A stretch of DNA of 64,000 nucleotides, taken from Candidatus Bathyarchaeota archaeon (GTDB taxonomy: Archaea; Thermoproteota; Bathyarchaeia; Bathyarchaeales; Bathycorpusculaceae). This document shows positions 54,356-64,000 of this stretch, piece by piece. The stretch lies in NCBI GenBank assembly GCA_963717465.1, contig OY970340.1, positions 2,592,001 to 2,656,000 on the forward strand. The letters run 5' to 3'. The notes beneath the pieces were generated by a model. It was given only the letters and a program-made list of their open reading frames with translations. It searched no databases and had not been told where the DNA came from. Both the position numbers and the translations under genes were made by a program. Within the stretch, counting starts at the first letter, position 1. Every line of letters begins with the position of its first letter.

Positions 54356-54515
54356 TAATTTTCCTTTAGAGCCCACAAGACATATCTGTTGAAGTGAGAT
54401 CTTATCCCCTGCAAAATTTCATTTTTAAATTAGCGCCCTAAAAATATTTGATCGATGCCTATCGATAGTCTCAGCGCGTCAAAAACAAACAGATTTGCGG
54501 CGCAATCTATTTTCA

Positions 54516-55920
54516 TCAAAAATTGGTAGCGTTCAGGAGGATGAACGATGTGAATTTTCTTAACTCATTAATTTTATGTATCTCTATCGAGTTGCTGGCG
54601 TGTTCCATTGTGGTTCTCATACCCTCCGTGAATAAGACAGTGTCTTCATCATTAATCATACACATCTTGTAAAGTTGGTTTGTAACTGCGGATATTCTGT
54701 CTTTTTCTTGATGATAGTCTATTAAAACTGGGTATACTCCGAATATGAGTTCCATTTGTTTTTTTGACTTTGATTTCATGAGTGACTGCAATTATCGGTT
54801 GCGCTATCTTGAAACGTGCTATCATTCGGGCAGTGTAGCCTGATCGTGTCAAAGGGATAACTTTGTGAACTGGCATAGTTTGACATATTCTCTGAATCGC
54901 TCTGCTCACCGTATCAGAGATGTTGATGAATGTGGTATCTTCAACGTTGCTCTTGACGGCAGTCTCCGTTTGGTTTGCTATTCGAGTCATCATCTCAACG
55001 GCTTCCACAGGATAGTTACCAACCGCGGTCTCTCCAGAAAGCATAACGGCGTCAGATCCGTCTAGTATGGCGTTTGCCACGTCGCTGACTTCAGCCCTGG
55101 TTGGATTGGGTTGGTGAATCATCGATTCAAGCATCTCAGTAGCAGTAATAACAAGCTTACCCTTCTGATTACATAATTTGATGAGAGATTTCTGAACCAG
55201 CGGCACTCTTTCAGGCTCGATTTCAACCCCTAAATCCCCGCGGGCAACCATTAATCCGCTAGATGCTTCCAAAATTTCTTTGACATTTTGAACGCCTTCA
55301 AAGTTTTCAATTTTAGCGATTATTCCGCCTTTAAAACCATTAGTTTGAGACAGGTTTTTCACGTCTTCTACATTTCGTGTAAATGAAAGTGCGACATATT
55401 CAGCGTCAAATTTTTTTGCAAACGCTATTATCTCTAAGTCTTTCTCAGGGAAAGTTGGAACTGAAAGATGCTTATTTGGAATGTTAACACCTTTTCCATC
55501 TTCGAGGACGCCACTGTCTAAGGTCAGAAGAAAAAGTTTTCGATTTTTCTTTTCAACTACGCACGTTCTAATTTTTCCATTATCAAAATATACTTTGTCG
55601 TTAACCCCTATTTCGTCATAAAAATCGTGGTTAAAACTGACCTCTTCTCCATTAAAGCCTACTTCTAAAATGTCTCCTTTGCTGAATACCTTTTGTTGAG
55701 TTGCCCTGAGTCTGATTTCTGGGCCTTTGATGTCAAGTATTATGGGGATATCTGCAACTTCTCTTACTGTTTCTATTACTGATTGGTATTGTGCTAAGTT
55801 TCCGTAAGCTGTGTTTATTCTTGCGCCGTTCATGCCTGCTTGGAACATTTTTTCAAGTACCTGCTTTGAAGAGTTAGCTGGACCCACGGTGCAAATGATC
55901 TTTGTTTTCTTCAACAACAA
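54516..55920 (-). CDS. pyk: pyruvate kinase, frameshift near 54780
   Basis: KTKIICTVGP, AKIE, MVARGDLGVE, PTRAEVSDVANA, LSGETA. Confidence 0.95.
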
Positions 55921-56023
55921 AACATTTTCCTTCTACAGCCTTAAATAGTGTGCATTCCAAGTTAAGGTTAACCCTACGCAAACATGCGTAAGCTAATGCT
56001 ATACAGGTTGTTAGGAGAAAACG

Positions 56024-56714
56024 ATGATTTGTAAACTGTTTGTGTTCAGACATGCCGAGACAACTGATAACAGTCGTGGAATATTCTCCGGCTGGCGCGA
56101 CCCAGACTTAACTTCAAAAGGACTTTTGCAGGCCAAAGAGGTTGCTCAACAGCTGAAACAAGAAAAAATTGATTACGCATTCACATCACACCTTTTGAGA
56201 GCCCAAAGAACTCTTGAAATTGTTCTTAAACCACACCTCAACATCCCTGTTTTCGTGGATGACCGATTGATAGAGCGTTGTTATGGTACATTGCAGGGCA
56301 AAAGCAAGATTACGACTGCAACCGAGAAACCGGAATGGTTTGCCAAAGGTTCATCGAAGCTACGATTTTCCGCCTCCTGACGGGGAAAGCCTAAAGATGG
56401 TTGAAAACCGCACCTTGCCCTTTATTGTGCAGCTTGAAAGGTGGCTTCGACAGCATCAAGGAAATGTAGCTATCTCGTGCCATGGCAACTCGATGCGTCC
56501 TATTAGGCGAGTCTTTGAACACTTAAGTCTTAAGCAAATGCTTCAGCTTGAGAACCCGCAAGACCAAGCAATGAAATATGCTCTTCACATACACCAAGTC
56601 AAAGTTGACGAAGTTGAGGAACACAAACCGGAAACGACTTGGCAAAGCGTTACAATCCCTTCGTCGGTAAAGTTGGCATCGGACCCACGAAACCAATTAA
56701 AGCAATACTATTAA
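56024..56714 (+). CDS. gpmA: histidine phosphatase / cofactor-dependent phosphoglycerate mutase, frameshift near 56348
   Basis: FRHAE, FSGW, ERCYGTLQG, GESL, HGNS; divergent from pyk. Confidence 0.75.
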
Positions 56715-57234
56715 GTCGCTTCAAGCTTTTCTAACGTGCATCTATTTTTTGGAAACCAGTCAGCCTAAATTGTTCTGCTCCGATGTTTAGTACTTGTGAT
56801 AGTTTTAAACTATCCGCGAATATTAACAAATTGTGTTAATGGACATAACTATTGCCTCTGCAAGGTTTCTTTTGTGTTTCAGGCTCCTCGGAATCTGTTT
56901 GAACCATATTTTTGCCTAAATTCATCTGAGTTTTTGTATGATTGAAGCTATAGCGGTTAATTGTTTAACTTGAGTCTTTTTAATTTTTTTATCTTGTCTG
57001 ATTTGGGCAGATATCCATTTTTAATTAAGGCTTTTCAAGTTCACTTATTCTTTTTTGAAAAAACGGTAATTTAGCTCTTTTGTTCTTGCGCTGTGCAGCG
57101 ATATTGCACGCTTTCCAATTGTTTTAAGCGTTTATTATATTTTCCAGATAAATTATTTTGAGGTAAAGGTTAGCCTTTTTTCAGTTGTTCTAATGGACCT
57201 CTATGCGCAGTCTGTTCAGCGTTTTTGTGGTTTT

Positions 57235-57657
57235 TTAGATGTGGGGGAAGAAGGTTCCTGGAACTACTATACCGAAAAGGGCTCCGAATATTATGCTTAT
57301 TACGACGAAGATTATCCAGGCCAGTATGGCTACTGCGATGGCGCCTAGCCAGCCTGTTCTGAAGCTTGCTTTGTAGACCCATATCCAGGCTAAGAGAGCT
57401 AAGATTAATGCGATTATGTATGCCGTTGAGCCGATTAGGGTTCCCACAAAGTAACCCACAATAATCAATGTAACAGCGTAAACTATTGGACCAAACAGCG
57501 TAGCAATCATGGCTTCGCCAAAGGTGGCTTTTCCGCCGGTTACTGTTTTACCAGCTAACCACACGGGTATTGAGACTATTATCCATAGAATAATCAAGCC
57601 AATTATGGTTAAAAGTACACTTGTTAAACTCATATTTCCAATAATCAGATTGCTCAA
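57235..57657 (-). CDS. four-TM membrane protein
   Basis: 140 aa, hydrophobic throughout. Confidence 0.75.
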   Translation of the reverse strand: MSNLIIGNMSLTSVLLTIIGLIILWIIVSIPVWLAGKTVTGGKATFGEAMIATLFGPIVYAVTLIIVGYFVGTLIGSTAYIIALILALLAWIWVYKASFRTGWLGAIAVAILAWIIFVVISIIFGALFGIVVPGTFFPHI

Positions 57658-57910
57658 AAGCTACACCTGTTAAGTTACATAGGCGTACAAGATAATTATT
57701 AAACTTGTGTAGCTGTAGCCTTCCAGCAACAGAGCGGTTGCTATATTTTCGGAACAGGAGCCGGGCCAAGTAGCCTTCAAATATGCTATCGTAAAACTTA
57801 GGTTCTGACTCATAACCCAAATGGTCATTATTTGATTGAAAAAATCCGATTTTTAGATTAAACTGACATGTTTAAATATAAACCTGCGCAATCAGTTTGC
57901 TGATGCCAAA

Positions 57911-58510
57911 ATGTCCATTTCGAATGAATGGTGTGTAGCAGTTTTCAAATGCAGACCTAACTATGTGAAAAAGGTTCTTGTTGAAGTTTATAAGTTTGCT
58001 GATGTCCTGAAGGGTGTGCGAAGTCTACATTTCATGGCAAGAGATAGAATTGAAGATGAAGTTGTTTTCAGTTTCAGAGTAATGGTTGAACCAAAATTCA
58101 AAGAAATAGTCAAAAATAATCTGTCTTGCAAACTGGGTACATTACTATCCGAAGACAAGTATGTCATTGACCCAGCTGAAGGAAATTGTCTTGAGAAGTA
58201 TGTTGCTTGGCTACCTGAAAAGCGTATTGCAGATTTTGGACAAATCAAGTTTAGCCGATTCATTGATCTTCTCAAAAATGTGAGCACCATTGTTGTTAAT
58301 TTAATTGAGAATGACTACTTCGCTTCAAATGAGAGAGTTGAACTAGCACACGTCATTTCTTGGATGCTTGGATGCACAGAATATGGGTTGCTTAGTACCT
58401 TAGGAATGGAAGTTGGGTATTATGATCGTTTGGAAGATAAGTATTGTTCGTATTTAAGAGAAGACTTCCTAAAATCAAGTGACCAAAAGAAAACAGAAGG
58501 TATGCCCTGA
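57911..58510 (+). CDS. hypothetical protein
   Basis: 199-aa ORF, TATA (TTTAAATATAA) upstream. Confidence 0.7.
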   Translation: MSISNEWCVAVFKCRPNYVKKVLVEVYKFADVLKGVRSLHFMARDRIEDEVVFSFRVMVEPKFKEIVKNNLSCKLGTLLSEDKYVIDPAEGNCLEKYVAWLPEKRIADFGQIKFSRFIDLLKNVSTIVVNLIENDYFASNERVELAHVISWMLGCTEYGLLSTLGMEVGYYDRLEDKYCSYLREDFLKSSDQKKTEGMP

Positions 58511-58809
58511 GACAAGTTTATTCTTTTCTTAAAGCGTAGAAAACAGTTATTAATTTTCTAATTTTCTAATTTCTAAGCACAGTAAAGCAAACAAGCCACT
58601 ATAGCAAAAGCGAAATTCAAGAAATCAAGCCTTTCAGCCTAAACGCTCTTCCCGCCCATTGGCTTTTGAACATAAACAAATGATTAAAGATTATCTGAAA
58701 CTGGTAAAGAAAAAAGCAACCAGCAAAAATTCATGAGAACCAGCCGGTCCTGACTAGCCGATTATATGAACAATTCTAAGAGTTTTGAGAAGCGGGGATT
58801 TTGTTCTTT

Positions 58810-59010
58810 TTATACTTCTTTCTTGAGGCCTTTCTTTATTCCTTTCCCAAAGTCACTTAAAGCTTTAGCACCTTTCTTGACGCTGTTGCCGATTGCTTCT
58901 CCAGTTTTTTCGAAATCATTTTCAACTTTTTTCTTCTCTTCCGACATTTCTTTCATCTCTATCGCTAAGTCGTCATTTACAAACTTAAACGTGTGTGACT
59001 GTGAAGTCAC
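58810..59010 (-). CDS. small hydrophilic stress-protein-like ORF
   Basis: Amphipathic K/G-rich repeats; start likely internal. Confidence 0.5.
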   Translation of the reverse strand: MTSQSHTFKFVNDDLAIEMKEMSEEKKKVENDFEKTGEAIGNSVKKGAKALSDFGKGIKKGLKKEV

Positions 59011-59227
59011 AGCAACCGCTGTGTATTAACGAAGGTTTTGCTTTGAATGTTCATTTATAAGGGAACTTGAAGTCTACATAACTATACAGTTCAACCAGTT
59101 CTCGTTGCGATTGAAGCTTTTAAACTCATATTATCGATTATGTAAAATTTCGGTCAGAGAATTTATTAAATATTCTCGGTCCCGTATGCTTAGCTTGCAA
59201 GGTAGCTCGCTAACGCACACTGATCCA

Positions 59228-60160
59228 TTAAACTGCATATGGATCACCGCCATTTCTCATTTTCGTAGCTGACTTTGAAGAATAGATTTTAAGCACAACG
59301 AAGGCAATTACAAATATTAACAAGGTTCCTGCCGCCAGATAGAGAAGATTGTTAGCAAATTGGATATCTAAACTCGGGTTGAGGTAGATTCCAAGCCCAA
59401 CCCCAAAGGCAATTAAGGATAGCGAGAGAGAGAAGGATATCTTATACAGCATCGGCGGTTTCCGAGAAGCTCTTTTCGCTTCTATATGCCTCTTTATTTC
59501 ACCTAAGCCCAAAACTAGAGAAATACCTAAAGCACCGATAGAAAAAGGACCAATAAAGTTGAAGCTAAGTGGGGGTTGATAAAAATCGATAAATGTTCTA
59601 ACCCCAAACACAGACAGAAGAGACAAAAACAGGATAAGTACAGTTGAACCGACAAAAATTCCCATGTCCAGGATACCGCCAGAATTGAATGGACCATATA
59701 TCCTTCTCCAAGGCCTTAGAGTATAATCTTTCATATCCTCAGCGGTTTTTCTGGTGAGTTCAACTGGGTCGTTTTGATACATATATACATTGGTTTTAAC
59801 ATCTGGTGTAATTTTTTTGCCCTCGTGATCATACTTAGCTTTCTTCACTAGCCTTGAGAAAGGATAAAGCCACTCCACCCCACGATCTTTCGCTGTGTTG
59901 ATGCTATCAAGAAGAGTATGACAGAAAGCACCTAATGCAAGGTAAGGATTAAACAGATAAAGGATCCCGATGAAAAAGAAATTGTGGTATAACGCCCGAT
60001 GGAACTGGTGGTCGCGGAAGTAGTTTTTGCTGAAGAAACCATATTCCCTGTCCAAATCAGGGAGGACTGAACCGATGGCAACTAGCAAAACGATGTCCCA
60101 CCTTCCAAAGAAAAGAGCTCCGATTAATGCACCAAACACTATATGTGTAGTAAGATTCAT
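59228..60160 (-). CDS. membrane-bound metal-dependent hydrolase (YdjM/DUF457-like)
   Basis: TH, LPDLD, HRALYH, HTLLD, LYPFS. Confidence 0.85.
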   Translation of the reverse strand: MNLTTHIVFGALIGALFFGRWDIVLLVAIGSVLPDLDREYGFFSKNYFRDHQFHRALYHNFFFIGILYLFNPYLALGAFCHTLLDSINTAKDRGVEWLYPFSRLVKKAKYDHEGKKITPDVKTNVYMYQNDPVELTRKTAEDMKDYTLRPWRRIYGPFNSGGILDMGIFVGSTVLILFLSLLSVFGVRTFIDFYQPPLSFNFIGPFSIGALGISLVLGLGEIKRHIEAKRASRKPPMLYKISFSLSLSLIAFGVGLGIYLNPSLDIQFANNLLYLAAGTLLIFVIAFVVLKIYSSKSATKMRNGGDPYAV

Positions 60161-60258
60161 GTTAGTTTGCCTACTCTCTTTTCGTTAAGGAACTTGATTT
60201 GAAAAACTTTCCACAGACGTTTTAATATACCAAATTTTATTTTATCTCCTCTCCCAAG

Positions 60259-60888
60259 CTACTCCGAAGAGCAGTTTCCCGCAGCATTCTTTTCAGGATA
60301 GTGACACATGACTTGCCTCAGCTTCTTCTCGCCTAATCGCGCTATATAGCAAATTGGAAGTTCCCGAATTGAGGCGCCACATCGTTTTACATGATGGTTC
60401 AGTTCGACTTCAACGTCAAAGCCTTTGGATTTCACAATCCAACCGCGCAGAGCGTCAGTGCGGATTATCCGTAATCCTATTAAGGGGTCCTGAAGGGTTA
60501 TGCCGTTGAGCATTTTATGTGCAAAAGCCAATAGTCTATTTCCAATATTGAACACGCTATGCAATGCTTCCCCGTCAATGTGCCCGTTTAATCTGTTACC
60601 GCAAACCATTCCAACAAGCGGGTTTTCCTCCATTATTTTGATCATGTCGGGAACGTATTAGCGGGGTGAGTGTAATCGACATTAGTGAGAATGATGTATT
60701 CTGCGTTTAAATCTGCCTGCATGATCAAGCGCTTTAGCTAAAGGGCACCTTCACCGTTGCCGGCTTGGCAAACAACTTTTGCGCCCAAGTCCTTAGCTAT
60801 CTCAACAGTTCTATCTGTGCTTTTGCCGTTAACCACAAGAACCGAGACATCCCCCAAAGTATCTTTCATATCAGCTATTGTAAGCCCG
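60259..60888 (-). pseudogene. degenerate GT2 glycosyltransferase, paralogue of 2529-3293
   Basis: GLTIAD...VVNGKSTDRTVEIAKDLGA...TNVDYTHPA...EENP...KSKGFDVEVELNHHV; multiple frameshifts, 5' end missing. Confidence 0.8.
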
Positions 60889-60891
60889 TGA

Positions 60892-61308
60892 TTATTTAGT
60901 AGCACTCACAGCATTAGGTGTGTTGAGGACACTAGCATATCCGGTTGAAAGCGGTGTTTGGAATTTGCTAATGTTCTCTCTGATAATTCCATAGGCTTTT
61001 TCCGCTTCAGCGTTAGGCAAGTCGCCCAAGGCTAGCGGTTCTCCACCGAGTCTGAGCGTGCATTTTATGGTTGATCGCAGTATTCCCTTGTCTAACACCA
61101 CGTTAGCTATGTCCCTGTAATTGTAATCGGTGTAGTCTTTCTTCAGACCAAGCGCGTGAGGATGCCGCAGAATCATACGTTCATTCGTAAAGACTGCGGA
61201 GTCAATATTAATTTGAGGATGGTAGATTTTTTGTTTAATGTATAACTCGATCTTCTCGTTTGGACCAAGTATGTTCGTTATATCGTCAGGAGTAGCCATT
61301 ATTATCAA
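60892..61308 (-). CDS. bacterial-type PH domain protein
   Basis: LGPNEKI, VFTNERMI, DYNYRDI. Confidence 0.8.
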   Translation of the reverse strand: MIIMATPDDITNILGPNEKIELYIKQKIYHPQINIDSAVFTNERMILRHPHALGLKKDYTDYNYRDIANVVLDKGILRSTIKCTLRLGGEPLALGDLPNAEAEKAYGIIRENISKFQTPLSTGYASVLNTPNAVSATK

Positions 61309-61477
61309 CCAATTTATATGTTGCCTGCTTGGCTAAATAGCTGTGTGACTGCGAGGCTACATCTACAAGGATTGTGATTATTTCATTGACTCTTCAAAAC
61401 GCGTCCAATATTCTGCGAGATTCACATGCTGTCCACCTGAACTTAATAAAATGTGGGGATTCTTTAGCCCGTTCAGG

Positions 61478-61864
61478 CTATGCTTTTTTGAGTAGCACTG
61501 TAATGAGTCCAAGTATTCCACCAAGTGCAACAAGCAATCCGCCAAGTCCACCGCCAATAATTCCAACTATTATGAGTACGATGGCCCAAACTAGAGTACT
61601 TGAGCTTTTTGCACCGATGATTGCTATCACACCGCAAATGATCGTAACGATACCGCCATAAGCATATCCCCAATAGAGGAAGGGCCCAAAAGAAGATCCG
61701 ATGAGTCCTATTACCCCAAAGATCACCATTAGTATTCCGCCTATAAGTACTAAGATATAAGCTATACGCGAAACAGGAATTTCAGACATATTCTGATTCA
61801 CCCCCCTATTCTTTGGTTGTAAGGTATGATCTAACCCCAAAATCATTGTTTTTATTCCCTGCAT
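61478..61864 (-). CDS. small Gly-rich membrane protein
   Basis: LIGGIL and GGILG TM motifs; likely start ATG near 61789 after GGGGGTGA. Confidence 0.75.
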   Translation of the reverse strand: MQGIKTMILGLDHTLQPKNRGVNQNMSEIPVSRIAYILVLIGGILMVIFGVIGLIGSSFGPFLYWGYAYGGIVTIICGVIAIIGAKSSSTLVWAIVLIIVGIIGGGLGGLLVALGGILGLITVLLKKA

Positions 61865-62211
61865 AGAATCTTCATTTGCAGATTTAGGTGTATGTAGCTG
61901 GGATGCTACAGCTACATTCTGGCGTCTGCCTGCTTACTCTTATTTCTCAACGTATTCTAAATTGTGTTGATTCGAATTTACTTGTTACTTATTAGTCAGA
62001 AAGGGTCAACCTTTGATAGAGAACTATCCTTGTAGTCGAGTTTGCAATCATTCATCAGTACATGAGTCTATTCTGCCATTAATAATACAGGGGAATTTGC
62101 GTCAACTGAGATAATGAATAAATGGTTAGACCGTTTTTGCCTTTAAAGAGGTCTTTAATTGAACCAAAATCTGAGTTGGTTGGACTAAAATTAAATAAAA
62201 AGGGCGCGTAG

Positions 62212-62394
62212 TTATTTCCACAGCTTTTTGCCGGTGAACAGCCAAACAACAACAAGGACTACCGCGATTACAAGCAGTATATTTATCAAAAAGCCTACAC
62301 CAGGCAAAGCAAATAACCCAACCAACCAAAGTAACACAATAATAAGGGCAATCGTCAATAACGTATTCATAGTAAACGCCCTACTAAGCCTCAA
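62212..62394 (-). CDS. small membrane protein (lmo0937/DUF5670-like)
   Basis: LLTIALIIVLLWLVG...INILLVIAVV; start likely the ATG near 62370. Confidence 0.7.
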   Translation of the reverse strand: MRLSRAFTMNTLLTIALIIVLLWLVGLFALPGVGFLINILLVIAVVLVVVWLFTGKKLWK

Positions 62395-62683
62395 CTGCTA
62401 AAACTACTGGTCTTAGGTACATGTGAAGTTGATCTTTTGATACTTTTAAGTGTAGTCCCTTGTCTGTCCAACGTGCTACTCCTTTCTCTAGGGCTGAAAT
62501 GGCCAACATGTTTCGTACTCCACCTTTTTTTGCGCCAAGTACATATTCAGCTATATTTTTTTCCAATTCGATTTCAAGGTGATTTATTTTCCATTCGTCC
62601 GGATCCATTTCTATCTCTTTGATTTTGCCGATTTTCTCGTCTAATGCAAACACATCTTTATCAATAAACTCTTTACTTTTCAT
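62384..62683 (-). CDS. PRC-barrel domain protein
   Basis: FIDKDV...KIGKIKEIEMD..EWKI; GGAGGG SD. Confidence 0.75.
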   Translation of the reverse strand: MKSKEFIDKDVFALDEKIGKIKEIEMDPDEWKINHLEIELEKNIAEYVLGAKKGGVRNMLAISALEKGVARWTDKGLHLKVSKDQLHMYLRPVVLAVEA

Positions 62684-62850
62684 ATAATATCCCTCCTTTC
62701 TGCATTCATAATTTGAGCTACCTTATAAGTGGTCATTAGCAGAGTTAAGCACATGTGAATGTAAGCCCACACCGACATTCTAATCCTTGTACCTGCACTA
62801 ATCAATTCAATTGCTAAAGAATTTGAAACTCGAAACAAGAAAAATGAAAG

Positions 62851-63642
62851 TTAATCTTCAGCTTTTTTCCAGTCAGATTCAAAACCTGTCCTTAATACAC
62901 CTATAAGGTTACGGTTGTTTGTCCACAAAGAAGGACTTTCGCCAAGTCCGCTTTCTTTAGAAGTGGTAATCAACGCTTCTTTATCATCAGACATTATAAA
63001 GTGATTTAAAGCTTCACGATGAAACCTGATTTGAACCGAAGCGACACCAACGAGTTTTTTCACTTTTTCTTTGACCGAATCATCAGGAATGTCCCCTTCG
63101 AAAAGGAGTCGAACTTGAGTACCTTTCTTTATTGCAGTTTTGTATTCATCCGAAAACTGAGCCAAAACGGGTATAATTCTTATCTTGTCTGCAATCATCG
63201 CGAATTCTTTTGTTGAGTTTTTGATCAATTCTGAAGTCTTTGCCAAAATTGCTTTCTTTTCCGCTATCAATATGTAAATGCTTTCTTCTCCAAGAGGCGG
63301 TTGCTTCCAATCTTTGAGGGATAGCTTCTGAACCATGCTCTGCATACTCATCAACCGTTCTTCGGATCTATTTTTTTCTTCTGCCACTAGTGAAGTTAAG
63401 GAATCTGAAATAATAGTGGCACGGATCTCTGTTGGTTTGCCCAGCAATCTTTCAACCAATCCCATTTTTTCGAGTGCTGGCAGAAGTCTATAGACGTCTT
63501 CCCTGCGCACTTTTGAAAACTTCGCTACCTGACCCACAGTAGTTTTTTCCAGTTTAAGTATCGCCACATAAACCTTTGCCTGATTAAGAGTCAAACCCAA
63601 ACCAAGCAGGAGATCCGTGTTCTCGTCGTTAGACATTATCAA
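62851..63642 (-). CDS. TrmB-family transcriptional regulator
   Basis: LGLTLNQAKVY, VYRLLPALEKMGLV, PLD-like C-terminal domain (MSDDKE). Confidence 0.88.
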   Translation of the reverse strand: MIMSNDENTDLLLGLGLTLNQAKVYVAILKLEKTTVGQVAKFSKVRREDVYRLLPALEKMGLVERLLGKPTEIRATIISDSLTSLVAEEKNRSEERLMSMQSMVQKLSLKDWKQPPLGEESIYILIAEKKAILAKTSELIKNSTKEFAMIADKIRIIPVLAQFSDEYKTAIKKGTQVRLLFEGDIPDDSVKEKVKKLVGVASVQIRFHREALNHFIMSDDKEALITTSKESGLGESPSLWTNNRNLIGVLRTGFESDWKKAED

Positions 63643-63906
63643 CTCCCTATTTATTTTTTGTACAATTTATTTTTAAAGGTTTAGGTTTTTTTTCGGAAAA
63701 TATGTATAACTATTTTGCTTTTAGATAGCTGTTTGTTCTGCTTTCAAAGGTTTTCCGCTCGTGCTCCAAAGTGCAAAAATTCCCTGATGAAGCAAGCGTA
63801 CGCAGGGCTAGCTTTTCCTTTTGAACCTTAAAAATTGGCAACTATGAGCTGTCGTATTTGAACGATTTGGGTGTGGGACCTAGCGGTCCAAAAAAAGGAA
63901 CATGTG

Positions 63907-64000
63907 TTTGATACATATATCCAAGTTTTATTATCGAATGCAATTTTCTTACCTCGTGATCATACTTAGCTTTTGTCAATAGCCTTGAGAAAGGATAAAG
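63907..64000 (-). pseudogene. truncated paralogue of the 59228-60160 hydrolase, running off the window edge
   Basis: High nucleotide similarity to 59773-59869; encodes LYPFSRLLTKAKYDHE, then indels and loss of similarity. Confidence 0.75.

Noticed and set aside
57548..57820. 90-aa minus-strand ORF
   Set aside because: Overlaps the better-supported membrane gene in another frame; at most a gene scrap.
1..64000. tRNA or rRNA genes
   Set aside because: No cloverleaf/T-loop signature or rRNA-like segment was seen by eye; tRNAscan-SE would be needed to exclude them fully.

Overview
AT-rich archaeal chromosomal window, most likely from a Bathyarchaeia (TACK) genome. That call is inferred from the thermosome, TrmB regulator, archaeal tRNA-splicing endonuclease, DUF2206/DUF1616 proteins, GGTGA-type Shine-Dalgarno sites and BRE/TATA promoters. 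Many single-base frameshifts, mostly at homopolymers, split even housekeeping genes (glnA, pyk, mtnA), which points to an unpolished long-read assembly. Layout: (1) 2.5-14.9 kb, a surface glycosylation locus; (2) 15-34.8 kb, mostly core genes (pyrK/pyrD, lipS2, mtnA, endA, hisS, glnA, thermosome); (3) 35.7-64 kb, an accessory region with a CheB-CheR-PAS-kinase fusion, aquaporin, rubrerythrin, a transposase relic, stress and membrane genes, pyk/gpm and decayed paralogues. The main finding is a translationally coupled operon of methanogenesis marker homologues (Mmp5, Mmp15, Mmp6) at 21850-24522, with no mcr, A2, Mmp3, Mmp7 or Mmp17 genes in the window. Its Mmp6 lacks the usual RRCR motif and carries a ~200-aa Cys-rich extension, and SCP2 and LipS2 genes follow on the same strand. 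This is a candidate repurposed ATP-driven Fe-S electron-transfer system. A second highlight is a ~6 kb island (46.0-52.0 kb) punctuated by three copies of a GGATTAAA(A)TTTAATCC palindrome, carrying two PD-(D/E)XK-like nuclease genes and tandem DUF72 genes. No rRNA, tRNA or bona fide CRISPR array was seen. All family assignments come from motif recognition, not from database searches.
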